DNA from: Bacteroidales bacterium
Lineage (GTDB): Bacteria; Bacteroidota; Bacteroidia; Bacteroidales; UBA932
Length of the DNA stretch: 64,000 nucleotides
Direction of reading: 5' to 3'
Assembly (NCBI GenBank): GCA_017445015.1
Contig: JAFSVL010000078.1
Coordinates: forward strand, 33,909-97,908
Shown here: piece by piece, positions 57,501-64,000 of the stretch
Position numbering within the stretch: position 1 is the stretch's first letter
How the letters are laid out: each line of letters begins with the position of its first letter
The notes under the pieces: generated by a model
Databases searched by the model: none
What the model was told of the DNA's origin: nothing
What the model saw: only the letters and a program-made list of their open reading frames with translations
Made by a program: the position numbers and the translations under genes

Positions 57501-57942
57501 GGGCAACTATGGCAGTTACTATACATATTCCTTGCGTCCCGTCGTACTCAATTCTTCGGGAGGTGTTTACTCAAGCCTTTACCAAAACTGGCTGGGCGGC
57601 GGCTATGTGAACGAAGGTATTCTTGCTCTGGTTGACGTAGGTGCCTACTCTTCCCAGGGCGTGGAAACTGCCGGATTTGGTGTCGGAGCTTTCAGCGGAA
57701 ACTCCTATGCCGGCTGGTGGGAGAAATTCGGTCATATTCTTCTGCTTGATCCCGCAGTGTACGGAACCTCATCCGTCTCTGCATCAGCAGCGACAGGTCA
57801 GTCAAAGACAATAAAGGCCGGAGAAAATGTCAACTCAAATCTCAGGAATTCCGAAAGAAAAGAATTCCAGACTGCAGAGCAAAAGGTTCCTGCCACCCAG
57901 CAGCCTGCCACCATCACAAGGAAAGTCCGCGAGGCAAAATAA
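54535..57942 (+). CDS. Large surface lipoprotein: DUF4988-like coiled-coil N-terminus, collagen-like repeats, BACON and further beta domains
   Basis: Lipobox TAGC; heptads LDQRVSALEQ; YTITFSDG, YCWTVNGAW and VSYDNGATW motifs; two G-X-Y tracts. Confidence 0.8.
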   Translation: MRKSIWTVLLTALIALLTAGCDMAADYSVLQGQVNNLDQRVSALEQAVQKINKETVPGLQNLVNAINQKLTILSVVEGDGEYTITFSDGTTAVLRDGVDGIDGVDGADGQDGQDGKDGKDGDDGKTPVISIAMNEDGVYCWTVNGAWLLDGDGNKVPVTTPGPQGPQGPQGDPGEPGEPGEPGASGKDGNTPLFGTSSDHKLIVSYDNGATWQPVGLSIIDGSGFTSAYIDEEKSTEDYIVLVVGDTEVQIPKEKAFALKIEYTGDLGSVGINGGSTLALPFTVEGAGADDDVTVDVLSATAGLNARISANYILITADEGVNSGKVFVFADNNKGKTNIKVIKLEEGVLEAIADVSAQVGPEGGEIALKVNTNKQYNVFISEGDESWLSVEDAASKAVRTDNLVIKVAPNATGAYREGSVTITDDATGETIESFVILQQPNADVATDIYSIRSLSDGTAVAGKDAVVLASSKEGALVVDADGAYIYLKKDGNTAVRGDKVSFAGVKNTTEDTKVKYVEADLIEVTASGQEVTDLEWMYIGAGENYNSINSGSSGILEKDEKGWFITAPMGSPIYIEEPLDIDLAALEGKVITIKGYTNGATSEFYGFIVNSVEEVVFELNPNWTLSFEGEVTESIYTMDEILNTVSGGSDYYAIYGNSTYPVSMIEQAGSLENLAAYESMQAADWVQYYMYAYQQTIDDNASIETGSFYPDAKGYGEFVAFAVGVTEEGYVSGKYAVLQYTKEDPHKKLAYAEWLGNWKVGGVEWTINPNVEGESYTVLGAISYNNLELEFDGLYVDGSFAFMEKDFGPIIEGYEHVTMGGEYYSNTEHWGLNDNLTEPSVIFSVTGLKDGSFEITPGQLEGYGKYNYMSLWGLKADGSKTEFAYKKMPTIWEWVDPSVEPSPLEKNYTASDIIAGISLDKLTSTNWIYYARTDGEIAEDRNVVGYVTFTVADDAGTLVNASGMLGEDMPGQLQFRYNNGFIYNTSTYVGNYGSYYTYSLRPVVLNSSGGVYSSLYQNWLGGGYVNEGILALVDVGAYSSQGVETAGFGVGAFSGNSYAGWWEKFGHILLLDPAVYGTSSVSASAATGQSKTIKAGENVNSNLRNSERKEFQTAEQKVPATQQPATITRKVREAK
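54820..55101 (+). repeat. Two 9-bp-period collagen-like (Gly-X-Y) coding repeat tracts
   Basis: DGVDGIDGVDGADGQDGQDGKDGKDGDDGK (54820-54909) and PGPQGPQGPQGDPGEPGEPGEPGASGKDG (55015-55101). Confidence 0.9.
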
Positions 57943-57971
57943 TCCTCACAGATATTCTTTAAGATAATAAT

Positions 57972-58000
57972 GGAAACGGCCCCTTCCCGGGGCCGTTTCC
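57972..58000. terminator. Hairpin between convergent operons, likely bidirectional terminator
   Basis: Perfect 12-bp stem GGAAACGGCCCC-ttccc-GGGGCCGTTTCC with A/T-rich flanks. Confidence 0.75.
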
Positions 58001-58009
58001 TGTAGAAAT

Positions 58010-58852
58010 TTACAATGACTGGCCGCCGAGAAGTTCCAGGATCTCGGCGGTAATCTTTTGCTGACGCCCCTTGTTGTACTCCAGGACCAGCTCGGACAGC
58101 AGGGCTTCCGCATTGTCGGTGGCCACCTGCATCGCCAGCGTACGGGCCGCGCACTCGGCGGCAAAACTGTCGATACAGACGGTGCGCAGTTTCAGCCGGA
58201 TCAGCGCGGGAAGCAAAGTCCGGGCAATTTGCGCCGGAGCGGGTTCATAGAGCACGCGCTTCTCCATATCGGCCTCGTCGCCGCCGCCCCCGTACGCAAA
58301 AGGCAGCAGGTCGCTGACCCGCACCTCTTGTCTGGAGAGGGAGGCGCAATGCGTATAAACAAGGATGACGCGGGAGAATTTTCCCTCCGCACAGGCTGCC
58401 ATCAGGCGGTCCGCCAGGGCCGCAGCCCCCTGGAACCCCGCAAGGGTAACCAGGGTATTGAAATCCTCACCGGTGAAATATCCCGCCCGCCGCATCGCAT
58501 CGGCCATCTTTCGGCCTATGGCAAACACGGTAGCACCGGGGTGGTTTTCCACTTCCCGGAGGGCCTGCCGGACGACATTGGCATTGAACGCGCCGCAGAG
58601 CGAAGTATTGGAGGCCAGCGCGACGATGGCGACGGGCGCATCCGGCGCTATCGGCAGCAAACGGCCATTAAAGGCATTGGAGGGCAGGGTCCGGGCGACG
58701 TCGGAGAGCGCATCGCCGTATCTCCGCAGCCCGTCGGCGTACTGCTGGGCCTTGTGCAGTTTGGACGATGCGATGAGTTTCATCGCCGAGGTGATCTTCA
58801 GCGTCCCCCTCACCGATGCAATCCGGTCCTTGAGTTCCCGCAGCGATGCCAT
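58010..58852 (-). CDS. atpG: ATP synthase F1 gamma subunit
   Basis: KITSAMKLIA, LCGAFN, AMQVATDNA and RQQKITAEILE motifs. Confidence 0.95.
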   Translation of the reverse strand: MASLRELKDRIASVRGTLKITSAMKLIASSKLHKAQQYADGLRRYGDALSDVARTLPSNAFNGRLLPIAPDAPVAIVALASNTSLCGAFNANVVRQALREVENHPGATVFAIGRKMADAMRRAGYFTGEDFNTLVTLAGFQGAAALADRLMAACAEGKFSRVILVYTHCASLSRQEVRVSDLLPFAYGGGGDEADMEKRVLYEPAPAQIARTLLPALIRLKLRTVCIDSFAAECAARTLAMQVATDNAEALLSELVLEYNKGRQQKITAEILELLGGQSL

Positions 58853-60435
58853 CAAATCAATGCTTCTACGATTTGAGCGGCGACGCCGCGGAGGATATCG
58901 CCGGCACCTTCGGGCAGGCGGCCGGCGTCAAGGTCCGCAAGCAGCCCGCTATGGGAGTCGCGCATCCTTTCCAGGAACAAGCGCTGGAACTGGGGCACCT
59001 GCTCCAGGGAAATCCTTTCCATCAGGGCATTGATTCCGCAATAGAGAACCGCCACCTGTTCTCCCACCGGCATCGGGCTGTATTGCGGCTGCACCAGCAG
59101 ACGGGTATTTTTACGTCCGCGGTCGAGCGTCATCAGCGTCAGCCGGTCCATATCGGAGGAATACTTGGAGAAGGCCTCCAGCTCATTATACTGCGCCTGG
59201 TCGATTTTTAGGGTACCCGCCACCTTCTTCATGCTCTTCACCTGGGCCGCACCGCCCACGCGGGACACGGAGATACCCACGTTGATGGCAGGCCGGATTC
59301 CGGCATTGAAGAGCGAGGACTCCAGATAGATCTGTCCGTCGGTAATGGAAATCACGTTGGTGGGGATATAGGCGGAAACGTCTCCCGCCTGCGTTTCGAT
59401 AATCGGAAGGGCCGTCAGCGAACCGCCGCCCCGGACCTTGCCTTTCAGGGCTTCGGGGACATCGTTCATCTGCTGCGCCACTTCCTCCTGGGACACGATT
59501 TTGGCAGCCCGCTCCAGCAGGCGCGAGTGAAGGTAAAAAACATCGCCCGGATAGGCCTCCCGCCCCGAGGGACGTTTGAGGATCAGGGATACCTCGCGAT
59601 AAGCCACCGCCTGTTTCGATAGGTCATCATAGACCACGAGCGCCGACCTGCCGGTATCGCGGAAGAATTCTCCCACGGCAGCACCGGCAAAAGGTGCAAA
59701 ATATTGCAGCGCGGCGGGATCGGCGGCCGTCGCGGATACGACGATGGTATAATCCATCGCCCCCTTGTCGCGCAGGGTCTGGACGATCGATGCGACCGTG
59801 GAGCCCTTCTGCCCTACGGCGACATAGATGCAATAAACGGGATTCCCCTTGAGGTATTCGGAGCGCTGGTTGAGAATGGTGTCGATGGCGAGGGCTGTCT
59901 TTCCCGTCTGCCGGTCGCCGATAATCAGTTCGCGCTGGCCGCGGCCGATGGGAATCATGGCGTCGATGGCCTTGACCCCGGTCTGCAGGGGCTCGGTCAC
60001 CGGTTCGCGGAAAATGACGCCGGGGGCCTTGCGCTCCAGCGGCATCCTCACAAGTTCTCCCGTCACGGGCCCAAAACCATCCAGGGGTTCCCCCAGCGGA
60101 TTCACGACACGCCCCACCAGGCCGTCTCCCACGGGGATGGAGGCGATGGTCCTGAGCCGGCGGACGCTCATCTCCTCACGCACCAGGTCGGTCGCACCGA
60201 AGAGCACGACGCCCACATTGTCCGCTTCCAGGTTCATCGCCACGGCCTTTACGCCGGATTCGAATTCCACCAGTTCCCCGGCTTCCACGCCTTCCAGCCC
60301 ATAGATACGGGCCACCCCGTCGCTGACCTGCAGTACGGTGCCCACCTCTTCATAGCGAACACGATGATCCACGCCCTGAAGCTGCTCCAGCAGGATATCG
60401 GAAATTTCGCTGGCCTTTATCGAATTATTTGCCAT
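58852..60435 (-). CDS. atpA: ATP synthase F1 alpha subunit
   Basis: [27 protein letters not shown] and [13 protein letters not shown] motifs. Confidence 0.98.
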   Translation of the reverse strand: MANNSIKASEISDILLEQLQGVDHRVRYEEVGTVLQVSDGVARIYGLEGVEAGELVEFESGVKAVAMNLEADNVGVVLFGATDLVREEMSVRRLRTIASIPVGDGLVGRVVNPLGEPLDGFGPVTGELVRMPLERKAPGVIFREPVTEPLQTGVKAIDAMIPIGRGQRELIIGDRQTGKTALAIDTILNQRSEYLKGNPVYCIYVAVGQKGSTVASIVQTLRDKGAMDYTIVVSATAADPAALQYFAPFAGAAVGEFFRDTGRSALVVYDDLSKQAVAYREVSLILKRPSGREAYPGDVFYLHSRLLERAAKIVSQEEVAQQMNDVPEALKGKVRGGGSLTALPIIETQAGDVSAYIPTNVISITDGQIYLESSLFNAGIRPAINVGISVSRVGGAAQVKSMKKVAGTLKIDQAQYNELEAFSKYSSDMDRLTLMTLDRGRKNTRLLVQPQYSPMPVGEQVAVLYCGINALMERISLEQVPQFQRLFLERMRDSHSGLLADLDAGRLPEGAGDILRGVAAQIVEALI

Positions 60436-60917
60436 TACAATACTCTGGTTCTGTTTTTTTCATTAAGGGATGCGAGCAGCGTGCGCAACTGCGTCCGTAC
60501 GCTTGCATCCATGCGGCTCCCGTCCACGTCCAGCACGAAACCGCCGATAATCTCAGGGTCCACGATTTCTTCCATCACAAGGGTGCCCGGCTGGCCGGAG
60601 GCAAGACGATCCCGCACCTGCTGCGCGAAGCGCGGCGCGGGGACGGCGGTCACCAGCCTCACCGCTTTCCGCCCGGTCTGCGCATCATAAAGCCTGATAA
60701 AACTATGCAGGATGAATTTCAGGTATTCCTTCCTGTGATTCCTCACCAGCAGCACCACAAAGTCCGAGAGTTCCTTCTCGAACTGCATGCCTTTCGCCGC
60801 CGAGGGGTTTTTGAGGAGCCGCCGCACCTGGGCGCACACCGCCTCGCCGTTCCCGGTATGGTTTACATACTTGAGCAGCGCCTTGGCATAACGCAGTGAG
60901 ACAGTCCCCGTATTCAT
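60435..60917 (-). CDS. atpH: ATP synthase F1 delta subunit
   Basis: RYAKAL and [13 protein letters not shown]...DASV motifs; operon position. Confidence 0.88.
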   Translation of the reverse strand: MNTGTVSLRYAKALLKYVNHTGNGEAVCAQVRRLLKNPSAAKGMQFEKELSDFVVLLVRNHRKEYLKFILHSFIRLYDAQTGRKAVRLVTAVPAPRFAQQVRDRLASGQPGTLVMEEIVDPEIIGGFVLDVDGSRMDASVRTQLRTLLASLNEKNRTRVL

Positions 60918-60920
60918 CGC

Positions 60921-61427
60921 CTAACTGTTATCATTGTCCCGCAAGACCTCATCCGAAAGGCGGTCCAGCAGCGCCTGTTGCGACGCATCATCCGAGAGGC
61001 GGTCCCGGAGGATTTTCTCTGCGATGCTTACGCCCAGCAGGGCTATTTCCCGCCGGGCCTGGGAGAGGGCAGCCTCTTTCCCCGCGGCGATTTCCTCCCT
61101 GGCGCGGTCAAGGATCTGCGCCGAGAGCGCCTGCGCCTCCTCGCGCGCCTCGGAAAGCATCCGGGCCCGTGCTTCGGACGCCTCCTTGAGCAGTTGCGCC
61201 TGCTCGTGACGTGTCTGTTCCATGATCCGGCGATGTTCCTCTTCCAGTGAGGAAAGCCTGCTTTCCGCCTCTTCCGCCTTTCTGAGCGACGTTTCTATAT
61301 ACGCATTGCGCTTGTCAATCATTGAGGAAATGACGGGAAATCCCCACTTTGCCAAGATGAAGAACACGATGGCAAAGATCAGGACCATCCAGAGCAGCAG
61401 GCCCGGTTCGGGAAGCAAGAGCGACAT
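60921..61427 (-). CDS. atpF: ATP synthase Fo subunit b
   Basis: PEPGLLLWM TM, KWGFP..I..R, long coiled coil. Confidence 0.92.
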   Translation of the reverse strand: MSLLLPEPGLLLWMVLIFAIVFFILAKWGFPVISSMIDKRNAYIETSLRKAEEAESRLSSLEEEHRRIMEQTRHEQAQLLKEASEARARMLSEAREEAQALSAQILDRAREEIAAGKEAALSQARREIALLGVSIAEKILRDRLSDDASQQALLDRLSDEVLRDNDNS

Positions 61428-61429
61428 AA

Positions 61430-61681
61430 CTATTTCGCTATCAGGCAGACGACGATGGCAAAGAAGCAGACGCCTTCGATCAGTGCCCCGGCAATAATCA
61501 TACTGGTACGTATGCTTCCGGCGGCTTCAGGCTGGCGGGCGATGCCCTCCATGGCGGATTTACCGATTTTTCCGATGCCGAATGCGGCGGCGATGGCGGC
61601 GATGGCGGCGCCCAAAGCAGCCCCGAAGCGGCCGATCTGCATACCGGCAGCCACCTGAAGTAAAAGGGTTGAAAGTAACAT
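61430..61681 (-). CDS. atpE: ATP synthase Fo subunit c
   Basis: GIGKIG, ARQPE loop and ALIEG carboxylate. Confidence 0.95.
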   Translation of the reverse strand: MLLSTLLLQVAAGMQIGRFGAALGAAIAAIAAAFGIGKIGKSAMEGIARQPEAAGSIRTSMIIAGALIEGVCFFAIVVCLIAK

Positions 61682-61693
61682 AAGAAGTATAAT

Positions 61694-62700
61694 TTAATGG
61701 TTTGTTTGTCGTGAAGCGCCGATAAACACGGCGGAAAGCATGGTGAACACATAGGCCTGGATAAAGGCCACCAGCAGCTCCAGGCAGTCCATAAAGACGC
61801 CCAGCAGCACGGATACCGCCATCATCGAACCATTGATGACAGGCTCCATCCTGGCCGTGACGAAAATCACGCAGAGCAGGCCGATCAGCATCGCATGCCC
61901 GGCGAAGATATTGGCAAAGAGCCGGATCATCAGCGAGAAAGGCTTGGTAAAGAGCCCGATCAGTTCAATGAGCGGCATCAGCGGCAACGGCACCTTCAGG
62001 AACACCGGTACATCCGGCCAGAAAATATCCTTCCAATAGTGCCTGCTGCCGAACACATTGGTCGCGATAAAGGTACACATCGCCAGCACGAAGGTAACGG
62101 CAATATTGCCCGTCAGGTTGGCCCCGCCGGGAAAAACGGGCAGGATGCCCAGCAGGTTGTTCAGCAGGATGAAAAAGAAAGCCGTCAGCAGATAAGGGGA
62201 ATAGCGCTTGTAATCCGGGCCGACCGCTTCCTTGATGACTTCGTCCTCAATCATCACGATGACCGGTTCCAGCAGGGCCGCAATCCCCGTCGGCGTCTCG
62301 TGCAGCACATCGTGCCTCCGGTACCAGCGTGCCGTCAGCAGGATCAGCACGACCAGCAGCAGGGAACTGAAAAGCAGTGAAAGCACATTGCGGGTGATGG
62401 AAAGGTCGGCCGGGCGCACGGGCCCGTCCGGGGTGTTCTCCACCACTTTCCCCGCATACGGACTGTCCTCGGCGGCCATCTCAAAACCGGCGCAGGGCAG
62501 CGCCGAGGCAAGGAATACGTGCCAGCCTGTAGTGCGGCTGCGCACGATGACCGGCAGAGGGACCTTGTGCCAGAAATAGGCGTCCCCGGTGTGCTCATAG
62601 ATAATTTCCGTCACATCCAGGTCCGCCTGCTCCGGGACGTCCCGGGCAGATACGCGAAGCGGGGAAAGCACCAGCAGCACCGCCAGGACGAAAATGCAGT

Positions 62701-62719
<19 letters not shown>
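61694..62719 (-). CDS. atpB: ATP synthase Fo subunit a
   Basis: KPFSLMIRLFANIFAGH and IQAYVFTMLS motifs; likely ATG MRGKG at 62719, with the N-terminal extension typical of Bacteroidota. Confidence 0.93.

Positions 62720-64000
<1,281 letters not shown>

Noticed and set aside
54535-57942. Calling the DUF4988-like protein a polysaccharide lyase
   Set aside because: Only the N-terminal stalk resembles the domain found ahead of PL29 lyases; no catalytic lyase domain was recognised.

Overview
A gene-dense, GC-rich chromosomal segment from a Bacteroidota (Bacteroidales) bacterium. The assignment rests on SusC/SusD genes, TAnnTTTG -7 promoters and Bacteroidales-type atp and rnf gene orders; a Cryptobacteroides/RC9-like lineage is only a guess. 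Housekeeping content: purD (partial), galM, gmk, nadD, dnaK, an RluA-family synthase, leuS, rseC-rnfBCDGEA, dnaB, alaS and the F1Fo atp operon (atpD partial). There are two accessory envelope loci. (i) At 2.3-10 kb, a gingipain (C25)-like/HEAT-repeat protein, a TonB-dependent receptor, a DUF4876-like lipoprotein and a DUF6850-like beta-barrel. (ii) At 39.8-57.9 kb, an 18-kb SusC/SusD operon with no recognisable CAZymes, encoding a zinc peptidase, a subtilase with both a lipobox and a T9SS-CTD-like tail, an adjacent PorV-like barrel, and several modular surface lipoproteins sharing a repeated module and an Ala/Ser-plus-basic C-terminal tail. Other oddities: an in-frame LptF/G-Fmt fusion, a degenerate M28 peptidase fused to a TonB C-terminal domain, a repeat-containing structured alaS leader next to an array of stem-loops, and several promoters placed as if transcripts were leaderless. 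No rRNA, tRNA, CRISPR array or transposase was seen. Family names come from motif recognition by eye, not from database searches.
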